From contig OZ320316.1 in NCBI GenBank assembly GCA_976226885.1, positions 35,278,001-35,342,000 of the forward strand: a DNA stretch of 64,000 nt, written 5' to 3'. Shown piece by piece: positions 49,201 through 60,910 of this stretch. The notes under the pieces were generated by a model. It searched no databases, had not been told where the DNA came from, and worked only from the letters and a program-made list of their open reading frames with translations. A program made the translations under genes and the position numbers. The stretch's first letter is position 1, and each line of letters starts with the position of its first letter. The DNA is from Iphione sp. A-MEVVRFRX5 (taxonomy: Eukaryota).

Positions 49201-52149
49201 CGATCGCCGCTGCGGCAGAAGCGGCCGCCGACATGCCAGCACTGATTAATTTGCCGACGATCGGCCCGCCATCGCTGCCGGCCGACGTCCCATGCCGTCC
49301 CTTGTTGGCGGCCACTCTGAGACAGATTGCTGTTAAAGCAGCTGCAGCTATGGCTGAGTAACCTACCATGTCCATATTCATGTACATAGAACTTAGAAAG
49401 TAGGGCGACGAATGTGTTTGACGGCAGGGGTTAATGCTGGATAGTTTGCATATAGCAGAATGAGAAAGGGTAATCTTTCTCGGTCCTTCAAACATCCGTG
49501 TCTCTGATATCGATCTGCTAAAGCCATCACAATAGGTCCCAATGTCTTCTTCATTTGTTCACCGTCCTTCCTTCTCGCTAATTCCGGATGGCAGAGCAAA
49601 TTTACCGTCTAACATGTAATGTCCCATTCTCATTGATTAAGGCATATGTTTACTTTTATTTGGAGGTACGTACCCGACATTAAGAATATTCTAATGTATT
49701 AAGTTTTACGAAAATCGCATGCAGTTTGCCGCCGTGAAAAACTGTTTAAATTGGGCTTGGGTCAACCCTTGGTCCTGATTCCTGGTGGATGTTGATTTTT
49801 TCCTCGGTGAGGAAACGAAAGGTCCACTGCACCACTAATCAGGGGTAAGGGACACTGGTCGTTAAGGTGGCACTTTGATAGCGATCGGCAGAGTCTTTAA
49901 TGAAAAAATGGCTGGTAGTTACGAGCACTTCGAGCGGACGGACCAAGGCTGCAGATAGCTTCCTTCCCTTTGCAATCAGTTTCAATGAACCTAACACATT
50001 TAGGTCAAGGTGAACATCATTCGATTCGCTAGGATACAGGTACAATGTCCAGGTGGAGAGTTATTTTCAATTCCAGGGAGTACGTTCGGTGCGCTATAAG
50101 AAAAAAAAACACACAATACCAGTTCTCCTTTTATGTCTATAGTAAGAAGACAGAATGAAATTTACCTCTTTTAGTTTCCTTCCAGTAAAATAAATGTTGT
50201 TGCTGGTACAGTCTATCGGTAGTAAGGGTGAACGGTCAACCTGGAATACATAGCCCGCAATTCACCTGTCTTAACATACACTTGGAGCACAGCGGTCAAA
50301 TGGTCTTTTACTTTCATTCGAGGAGGAACGAATTGCCTCGTAACTCCGACAGTAGCATCACCATGGCAGACCAGTTCTAAGGGGGAAAAAAACCTTTGCC
50401 TCATCGGTTCGGTCTCCGATGATATTTATCGCGGGCTCTGTGAATGATAACCAGACACTACTGTCACATATCCTCCTCCCTCAGTTTAAAACTGTTTTTA
50501 CTGGAAAAATAATTACTATCTATAGGTCGAGCTTCCACCACCAGCCTTCAGGTAACCCTAAACAACCGCTAATGGATTTGCAGGGGGGGAATCAAACTAC
50601 GTCTTCTCTAAAGCCAGTAATGAATCTAAATACATCTAGGCCTATTACATCATATTAAAACAAGCGATAGTGTCAGCAGTCTTACTCATATCCCTCGTAA
50701 AGAAAGCAGAGTGAACTCTGTGATGCCTCGCACTGAATGGAGCATCTTTCCATGTATGTTCTGGGCGGTGCCTCTGGTCTCAAGGAGGGGATCCTCTATC
50801 AGACGCTCCTATTTCCTTATTCGGAGCCTAACAGGCCGCCGTCTGGGACGCATGGGTAAGGTGATTTAGCTAATTGGCCTAATCAGGCCCCCTGGGCTGC
50901 TTATGCCACTTATTGTATGCAAAGACCTTCTGACTCAGATGATGCTTCATCATCAAGCTATATGCATTTGATCCGATGTTCTTACAAGTCCTCCCTTTCG
51001 CTTCCTCTGGCTTAAGGACGATCAGCGAAGAAACCTCGTTTTCAGACCGAGGCTACCAAGACAGACTCATTTGATAAAACAGGCTCATAAGACACAATCT
51101 TGATTGCATTTTTCTTTTGGATAGAAAAGATATGTATGTATATATAGAAAGATATATCAACACAAATAAGTTTTTCATGCATCGTGTGTTACTGTACATA
51201 TAACAACGAGTTTCACAAGTTACCCTTGCTGTGTGATACTACGTGTATCAAGTAATTGTTGATCGGTATACAATGTATTTGTTAGGTATGTCACCTTCAG
51301 CTCATATGTTCGGGAGGATATTTAAGTATTTGCTCTCAGATACGATCATCCCACTTGCACTTGGTATGCGTCAATGCAAGGAGGGCTGAAATAGTATCCC
51401 TCTTTTTAGTAGTCAGAAATTAAAAATATACGAACGGATACCAACTTTCCTTGCAGCACAGGGAAGCTAGTAGGAGAGACTTGCTATTTTCAACCACCTC
51501 AAGAATATATTGGAAAGAATATTTCTGCAGATTATAACTCTAAGCTCGAATCGCGAGACCGCTGGCTGGTGATCCATTATATCCTTTTCACCTCCGCTCA
51601 ACCTGCACGTGAGGGATACCCTGGGCATCTTCAGTTTGCACATGTTTTGAATATAACTCAAATGTAAGGAGGTTATTTTCAATGTTCTAACTAGTTTGTC
51701 CATTGTTTGGCCTTCTCGCGTCAAGCTTACTCGATGAGACTGCCAAAATGGACATGATTGTACCTTGAACTACGTTCTTCTGGACACAGGAGGCATACCA
51801 GAATTGTCTTTCTTTCATATGCACTCAGGGAGTCTTTTAGTCACATAAAACTGCGAGCCACATGCTTACACGTTGTATTTTATCACCATGTGTTAGCGCT
51901 ACGGTTGTGTAACAATAATCCACTAATCTACCTCCCGCCTCGGGAAAGTCACATAATTGCTTAAAATGTTGCTGGTGTGTTACTTGTACGCCTGATGTAT
52001 TTAATTGGGTCTGGGATACGGCGTTCCATAATTGTGTTTACGTCCCCAGTAGATAGCCATTGTGTACTAAAACTATAGCCCCATCACTTTGTTGCGCTTC
52101 AATTCGCGTATGTTGTTGCCTTCTACCTCATGCTCATATTTGCCTTTCG

Positions 52150-52390
52150 TTTTCTAGATCCATATCAAATTTATTCGGTCATGATGTACTTTTGTAACTG
52201 AAGTAAATAAACGGTGAAAGTCGTTCTGCCAAATTAGATCCGCACCAGTATGACTCATATTGGCATACTGTCCCCTGGTTGGCCAACTGTTCCATGCAGT
52301 AATACGACAGGGAAGAATTTTCCCTGACTTGCTGTGTAACATCTTCAGTGACGCCAAGGATACATATCCTCTGAAAATCAAGACTCATTA
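52150..52390 (-). mobile_element. 3' end remnant of a CR1-group LINE
   Basis: SGKILPCRITAWNSWP...DLIWQN resembles the CR1 ORF2 C-terminal motif F-x-x-RV-x-x-x-WNSLP...LD-x-x-W. Confidence 0.5.
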
Positions 52391-54414
52391 ACAGAAATTT
52401 CGGTGCTCATTCTGCCGTAATCCATCCCTACGGTATATCACTTTTCTGTCTACTCTTTCTCTCATTCCTTTCTCGTCCTTTAAATATACACGTGTTCTGT
52501 TCTTGTCTAGACACTCGCTATAAATAGCTAAAATCTGAGGAAATATTCATGTATCGGATTATATCATATAACACGCACTTTACTCACTCCTTGATGATTT
52601 ACGTCTAATTTCTAACATAGTAAAAGCTGCACCGATGGAGACCTAACAGAAGGAAGATTAAACCGAAATGTTAATAAGTAAGTCCCACCAAACTATATGG
52701 TCAAAGATTAGTGAGATAAGATTTAAATTGTCTAATCAATTGTGCCTAAATATCCAGATGATCTGTAAACCACTAAATCTGTTTTCACAATAAATGTAAG
52801 CATAACGCCCGTATGTGTTAGAGAAAGAGCAAGACCTTACTAACAAGCTATCAAGAGATCATAGGAGGGAGTGAGACAGATAATAAATCAAAAATTGAGA
52901 GAGAGAGAAACACAGGACAGGAAGAGACAGATAGAGAAGATAGAAAAAAACAGGGCCGAAGTAGACGGTCTTGACAAACTACCTGTTATTCCCTCCATAG
53001 TTATTCATTGTGGTAACTAATGTCAGCCCCAAAGGCATACCATGAGTGATCCCCCTTTACCGCCCCCTTTCCCGGGCCCCTTAAGAAGGTCTATACGCCA
53101 TGCTTTCCTCCCACCTGACGACTAAAGGCAATACTTCTCAGGGCCCCGTCATTGAGTTCCACTAGCTTGTGTGCCTAGTCCATTATGACCATTCAAATTG
53201 ATGGATCAGCTTTTCCCCTCGCCACTCCTACGTAATGGCAAGTCGTATGTGATAGCGATGTACTGAAGGGAGCGGATTGGTTGATTGCTTCTACCTATAT
53301 CCATTCAGGATGTTGTCCTGCTATTTTAAAAAATGTTCTCAGTGGTTTACAGCAACCTTGATCATTTAGGCTTGCATTAGATGCAAAGGAGAACAGGTAT
53401 GATATCTGCTCTCCTAAGAAAAATCTTTGATTTTCTTGGGCATTTTGCTCTGATAGATTTGGTTATAGACCTGCAGGCAATGTGTACAGCAGAGCCCCCA
53501 TTAGGCCCTCTCCACTGATTATGTTATTTTTGATAGATCATTGTTTACATTTATTTGAAATAGATAACAGATATTGATCAGGTGCCTTCGATATCATCTA
53601 GCAGTAGTATTGTTAGCAGTGGTATCGTATAGTTGCATTTCCTGAATTCAAGTACTGAAAATACATGAATACTCGTTAGACTGATTCTTATGCAATTGAT
53701 TTAAATGGACCAACAACTGGAAGGAGTACTATTTCATTTAGCAGCCATACAAAAAAGCCACAACCAATCTGTTCTTGTCAGCACGCATACACACATTAAG
53801 CCCCAAGGTGCCCATATTGGAAATAAGCAAAAATACATGGACATGAAGCAAATATACTACAGTCAATATTCATTCCAACGAAGGGAACTGTCGCAGAGGC
53901 ACGTGCATATCCAAACTGCAGAGCAATTTAGTCGGACTGATGACAAGGCGATGCCTGTATTTGTCTTTGCCTTCAGAGGGGTATATATTGTCGGGTCGTT
54001 CCTGCGATAATTCTCCCGGGAATGGTTCGCCTCAGGGGACGACTTATGTTTTTGGAGCAGGTCAGGGCTTCAGGGTCGGCGGACAGCAGCCAAAAAAGAG
54101 CGAGAAACTATCAAATTTAGATGTCCTCTACTTCTGGTTCTCCTGCGGCTACCCGCTGCGCGTCTGACCTTGTTGACCCCGCAAGAAAAGGCTCGCTGCC
54201 AGCTATCGCTTACGCCATCTCAATAATTGAGTTAGTCGGTACAGATAAACAACACTGCTATGAGGGAGGCCGCCGGGGGTGGGGGAGGTCGGGGAGGACT
54301 CGGTCGAGAAGATGGGAGGGAGGAGGGAGGAGGAGGAAGGGACAGGTAGCGCGGGCGTGGAGTGTCATCCTCCGTGTTGCCCTCTACCGGGCTCGGGGTG
54401 ATCAAACAAAAACG

Positions 54415-54428
54415 CCGCTAGATGGCGC
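54415..54428 (+). promoter_or_regulatory. CTCF consensus site
   Basis: CCGCTAGATGGCGC, an exact match to CCRSYAGRKGGCRS. Confidence 0.7.
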
Positions 54429-57400
54429 GCCGGGTCCATCAGGCGTCACGTGATCGGCGGCCGCATTAATGGCGGCGCGCGCACCGATGCCACTGCGCCA
54501 ACTAGCGGCGTTGTTTGCTTTGGAGTGAGCGTCCGACCGGTATTCGCTTTGAGATCACACACTCGGCGCGTGCATGCCAAATTACTACAGCACGCAGATA
54601 CGGCCAGAAAAGGTGGATCGAGGACGGCGACCGGGAGAGGGGGGTGAGCATTTTGGTGGTTGGGGTAGTAGCTGGGGGGGAGAGATGTAGCAGTGGTAGT
54701 ATGGCAGTAGGCTGGGAGGAGAGAGGTTGATAGTGCCAGAAGGACGGGCAAAAGTTGTGAGTAAGCGGAGGAGGGAAAAAGTTCTGGCAGGACGTGCAGG
54801 GAGGATAAAAAGCTGTGGTGCTGGACTCATGTCGCTGCTGCCCTTGTTTTCTCTGTACACAACCGTCCATAGATGGCCATCTCGGCCCTTGTGACTGGGT
54901 GGTGCACCGGCGGCAGGGAGAATCTTAGTGTGAGGTTGGAGATGACTAGCGGCGGCCTGAACGTGTGGCTGGACGAGGTACCAACACGCACTGGGCACAA
55001 AAAGAGTAGCGTTCTTTCAGTTCCCTGACACATATCATTAAAAACGCTTGAAGAAAATAGACCTCATCTTTTCAAATTTTTTTTCTCATTAGCTTTAACC
55101 TCTTAGTTCGGGTCTGCCTACCTATTGCCTTTTCTTCCCCTATTACCCTATTTCTCTTCTCCCACTTTTTCTATTCTATTTCCCATGTTTTCTCAACACA
55201 CCTTTACGCCCTAGTATTCCCAGTTCACTTTTTCCTCTTATATTTTCTCTTTTTATTTAAGCAAGACAAAGACACTTTGGAAATACACGTACATGTTTGT
55301 GATGGTGTTTCATGGCAGCCGCCCAGTGAGGAAATTCTGACCAGTTCCCACAATAATGTTTTCCCACGTTACATTAAGGGGAGGCTAAATAGCAAAAATA
55401 GGCATTTCCAATGTACGAATTCTTTCGCATTAATACTTAATTTTTGCATCGATTTTAGCAAGAGCGTGCCATTTGAAATTCAATGTCTTATCAATATGTA
55501 CATCTGTAGACAATGCGATTTGTTTTATTCGGACGTATCGAGGTATGTCTTGCTTTCGCCTCTCAATGCCGAACCTTCTCGGGGACGGACGCAATGCGTC
55601 GATTACTGTTTGATCTCCTCCTCAGATAACCCCTAAGGATACATATGCCTGTTGGCAGGTATCATATATGTGTGTCATATATAGATATATCATAACCCCT
55701 AGATAGATGGCCTGTCGAAACGCCTCTTGGATTTCACTTTTGCGACAAGTGTGATAGCTTGTGGAAAAACCATCTCATGATAAAAACAACACTCCTTCTA
55801 TGCATTTGGTAAGCCTAACAAACACATTTACAGTCAGAAGCAAATTCCAGATTTCTGTTTAGGAACCTTTTAAACTTGTCCCCGAGATCAAAAGGATCTC
55901 ACACTATTTATTGCACACTGAACCTCTTTTAGACACTGTTTTAAAATAACTCCTCCACAGATAATGTTCAAAGGCTACCTGCGTATTTATAAGCTCGTTC
56001 CATTGTTTTCTATTTCTGATCATATGAGCAGCTACACAAGTTTGTGTTCCAGTGATATATGTAGACGCCGTTAAACGGCATATGAAACGTTCATTTGTTG
56101 TGAATTTCTGTTGTTTATGCTGCATGAAAGGGAATGCTTTCATCAAGGTACCTATTTCAGCCGTTAATTTGAAAGAACAAACGCGGACTCTTGTTGCATT
56201 ATTTTTGACATGGTCCGACACGATGGGACTTTTATAGGGATGACCTTGACGGATTAATTCAAATATTACCTATGAATAAAACACCAAATTCATAGTTCAC
56301 CATGCATCAAGCATGCTCTAAAGGATTTATCGCACGTAATTTCTTAAATTCCATCCTCAACAGGACGGAGGGGCTCTTCCATGCAGATATTCTTACTACA
56401 TTTACTTCGGATATCAGATGAATCTCACCTGATCGGCCCATGCTATTGGATGATAGTCGTCTTTGATTTGCGGAAATCTCTATGTGCTTCCCAGTGACTA
56501 AAACGAAGTCCCTGGGAAACTCTGTGGAGAATTTTTTCTTGCCTGGCTTCTCCTGATCCCAGGTTGATAATCCACTATAAGCCCTTTGTGGGAACAAAGG
56601 CAGATCACTGCAGATTGGGATTTTCTCTGATGTTTTTTCTTCCGTGAAATTCCCAATTTAAAAGAGATCGGTAGAGAAGGAACAGTGCTGGGATTTTCTT
56701 CAAAGGCCAAATTTGCAGAATGTTATTTCTGTTCGGATGAGTTGAAATCGTATCAAACGTCAAATTCACTAAAACAAACTTTGCCTCTCTCTACACATTT
56801 GCATAGGTTCAAATATTATACCTCATAGTCTGCTGTTGTGTCTTTTTCCAGTCCCCTAGTTCTTACCTGGTTTCCCGCGTCTGTTGAGTGGGTTTTACTA
56901 GTTTTTCGTTCAGAGATCATTATTTTTGATTTTGGTTATGATCTGCACCGCTTGTAAAAGTCGGTCTTCTTGGTTAGTTCGATGGTATTCTGGTATGACT
57001 TGCCACTCTCCTGGCTGACATGCCAGATGCCATGCAAGTAAAAGTGGTCAACTTCCACCAGTTGGGTGGTGATGACTAACTAGGTGGATGGTAATAGCTA
57101 ACGGTTGGGTGATATTTACAACTCATGGGAGATAGCAATTAATTGTGGATGATATCGATATCAGTACTCCGAAACGTAATTCTTTCCCTCTGAATACTGA
57201 TTCGTTCCATCTGAATTGGACTGACAAAGAGTTGGCAACGTTCTACTTTCATATAAATGTATTTGACAATCATCACCAATTACAAGGATCCGACCGATAC
57301 GCAGGCTGTATGGTGTAGTGTAATAGGGAAACAAGATTACATGTATCTTCCAGAGAACACACCTGAGCATTAGGTTCGATAGCGCTGAATGTAATCGTAC

Positions 57401-59256
57401 CATGTGGGAGCGTAGATGCAAAAGAATACATCCAAATATAGGAATAGGTCTCTCGCCTCTTGGAGCAAGGTCAAACATATTAATATTTAATTGATAAATC
57501 CAAACACCTTCCTGAACTGCCTACTAAGGCCCCGGACAGCATAAAGAGAGATTCTGTTCGTATCAAGCTGGACAGGTCTTGTCATTTACTATATAAAGTT
57601 GACGTGAGAACTTTGTTGTGAACCGACTCGGGACGCTATGCATATTTAGACCACTTTTCTTCCGTTTTTATGCTTGTAACTCCAGGGAAGAAATAGCTGT
57701 TTGACTACCAGTTAGATCGCTTCTTTTGTCCTCAAACCAAAAGACAACAGACGTAGTGGGCCCTACATTACAACCCTTGTGTAGACCGATCGCTCAAAGT
57801 CCAGGCATTGCGTGGACAGATGGATGTGTCGGTAGGGAAAGGTTTTGATTCTCGGTCTTTCAAGTTTGCGGCACGAAATAAAGTAAGAAATTCCCCTTTG
57901 TAGGATTGGATGTTGCCAAATGTCGGTAAGGTCAAACTACAAAGGATAGACATTTAGCTCAATCTAAAAGGAAAAGGTCATGCTGTAAATAAGACCTTGC
58001 CTTGAAGGTATCACGAATAGCTATAGACAATGAGCTTAGGTTAACTAACACTTAATGCGTCTAATACCTTTCTTGGATGCTAACTGTCCCAGAACAAGAC
58101 GACCACATTTGACCCGGAATTATAGTAAGTGCCAATATATGCCCCTTGAAAACATATGCCTAATAATAATGATTTAAGCACTTGGGAAATGTCTGGGAAT
58201 TGCTATTTTGATGTTTATCCGGTTTTCAGAATTGCAGATGTATATATGGAGAGGATATCCCTTTCATGATGGCAGTAAGAAAACGTACTCTCGTAAAAAG
58301 CTTTTCTGTTGCCAAAGGGAACTGGCTTTATGATTAATTGATATATATATCTATATGGAATATGTATTTGTATATTTAGCGCTGAAGTGGAGAGCTCTAT
58401 CCGGTGGAGAAAAGACGCAGCCTTTGCATATCTAGGACTTATATGGGCTGTAAAGCGCATTTGGACGGCCTTACGGAGTCTGCGGTATCACTCCATCCCA
58501 GACGTCTTCGCGCAACAACAGGAAACTTCCAGGAAAACTTCCTCAATGAAGATCAGTTTCTTCCCTAAGTGCAAATCGATTCGAACTCAAGGAAGCACCG
58601 GCGAGCTCAAACTGAAGCTGCCTTGGAAAGGTAGTAGGGCTGCTTTGGCGGGGGTGAATGCTGACGTATGGAGAAGAATGCGAGCATCAGAATGCCCCCG
58701 CAGAACTAGTAATTGCTCTGCTGCTGAGGTACTTGGCGGGCCGGTGAGGGGTGGTCTCCTCCTCCCGAGCCTCCCGCCCGCCATCGCCGTCGCCAGCGCC
58801 AGCGCCGCCGCTGCCGCTGCCGCCGCGTCTCTGCCGCTTGATTATTTCCTTCCGCCCCGCTTACTTCACGCTGCATACACGCCGGCGGTGGCAGGGCGGC
58901 GAGCTAATTAGTCGGCGGGAAAGACGGAGCTGTCGGTCGTTCGGCCCGTCGGCTGGGTTATGATTGGACATGACACGCGGTGACTAGAACGGCCATGGCA
59001 GCAGCCGCTGTAACACATCCTAGGAAACTTCCAGCATAGAAGGTAGCACCCCCCCCTTCTCATGAGAACCCCCCCTTTTTATATATGTGCACTTCCATCT
59101 ATTGCTCACACGTCACTCTATCCATTTTATCTGTACACATTTGAATGTACTCCTGGTTTCTGATACTCCCTCTGCTCCTAGACCTCCCGTTGCCCAATTG
59201 CTGCTGCTCTTCTTCCCGTTTTAGTCCGTTCTGTCCCTGCTGCTTATTTTTCTGCG

Positions 59257-59303
59257 TCTTCTTCTTCTTCTTCTTCTTCTTCTTCTTCTTCTCCTTCTTC
59301 TTC
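59257..59303. repeat. (TTC)n microsatellite within a long pyrimidine tract
   Basis: TTC run; pyrimidine bias over 59150-59384. Confidence 0.95.
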
Positions 59304-60419
59304 CTCTCCTCCCCTTCTCTATCTACGTATCCTCTTCCATCATGATTTTTTCCTGTTTTCTTTTCTTTCTCCTTTTCGTTACAGGGCCACTGCTCATCTC
59401 ATCCCACATATCCTACCTATACATATAAAAATATGCAAAGAATGTTCAATCTTTATATTTGTATTCACCTACGTAGCAGCCATCTAAGTGTTTCCTGAAG
59501 CCAAGGAAGCTATATAAAAAAGTTAGGTCTCATTCAATATGAAACGGTGGACTAGACCCAAGGTAAATCGCAAACATGCACTACCACCTGCACTACTACG
59601 TCGAGGCCTTTCAATTCCGATTCAAAGGGTCTCATGTTCTTACATCTGACATATCTTCTCCTATTAAATTTTACAGATTTGATGAATTTGTAACATAGTA
59701 GTGTAATTGACCTGGCAACAAGTCACTTAACCTCCGACATTTTTTTTCACTGGAACCGTAATCATTCGTAGCACCGTTTGAGGCTATTAACATGGTGCGC
59801 TGATCAGTCAAATGGACAAAAAGGGAATAAAGTATTATGTAAGAAGACATGTATTTTAAGTGTGGAATTTGTGATAGACTGTATTATAGCAAGTGAGGTT
59901 CTATCACAATGCATCCTGTCTTGTATGCTGTCCATGTCGAGAACAGGAAGTCAGCCTGGTTATAAGATAAGATGGCTATGGGGACAGTTGGAAACAGATG
60001 TGAGCTATTCCATGTGCTAAGCTGATTCCATGTTCTGAGCTATGTGTGCATATGAACTGGGAATTTTTGCTGCATAAAATTCTTGAAATTGATCCTTAAA
60101 TGTGCAAATTTTTCATAAATGTCATGAAACTGAGACTTAACAGTTGATTCTTTGCAGTTTCTTTGTTAGAATTACACGAATAAGGTAGATTTTCAGATGA
60201 TTCTACGATACAAAGCTTGTCCCTACGCCACACTTCCATGCCCTACTTGATGATACATGAAATTTGCAGACATTGCTTGTTTTGAGCAGCATACTTCACA
60301 CATATCCAACATGTACCTACTCATGGAACCGCTTCTATTCACTAACATATGACCATGCTTCCCTACATGCATGCACGCTATAATTATGGAAACATGACCT
60401 TATTGTTGACACTTCAAGC

Positions 60420-60910
60420 CATGATCTGTCAAGCCACAGAGAAGGCTCTCCGTTCTCCCACTTCTCCCTAATTAGCAGATTCTAGGGAGCGCCAGCTCGC
60501 GCCTTTGCAAAAGTAACCTTTAGCGTCAGGAATCATGATAGGAACCCATCAAATAGCTGCATCCGTTACGGATGGCGATGCCATCTGGTGGCAGGGGTGG
60601 AGGCACCTCCATGTGCGGGCTGTTTGTTAAATTAGTAATCTGGCCGCTGTCGTGCCGGGGCCACTCCGTCGTGTCTATCCATATGGAGATCCGATTTCCG
60701 ATTGCAATTAGGATGCAAATATGATACGAATGCATCCTCGCGCAGCGGATGCCATATGTGCCTTCGAGGGACGTTTTAGCACTATCATCACTGCGTGCAA
60801 TTGCTTTGGAGGTATGATCGGCGAGAGGAGGATGGGGGCCCAGAGGCAATGCAAATTTTTAACCCTAGGAATCAGTGTGGGTTATATGGTTAACGACGAC
60901 ATGCCTCGAT
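60420..60910. promoter_or_regulatory. Enhancer-like island with a CTCF-like site and two octamer motifs
   Basis: CCACCAGATGGCAT on the minus strand 60578-60591; ATGCAAAT at 60713-60720 and 60849-60856; TAATTAG near 60469. Confidence 0.5.

Noticed and set aside
58387-58911. 174-aa ORF with poly-Ala, suggestive of a transcription factor
   Set aside because: The poly-Ala comes from a GCC repeat. There is no DNA-binding domain, and the N-terminal part lies in AT-rich non-coding-like sequence.
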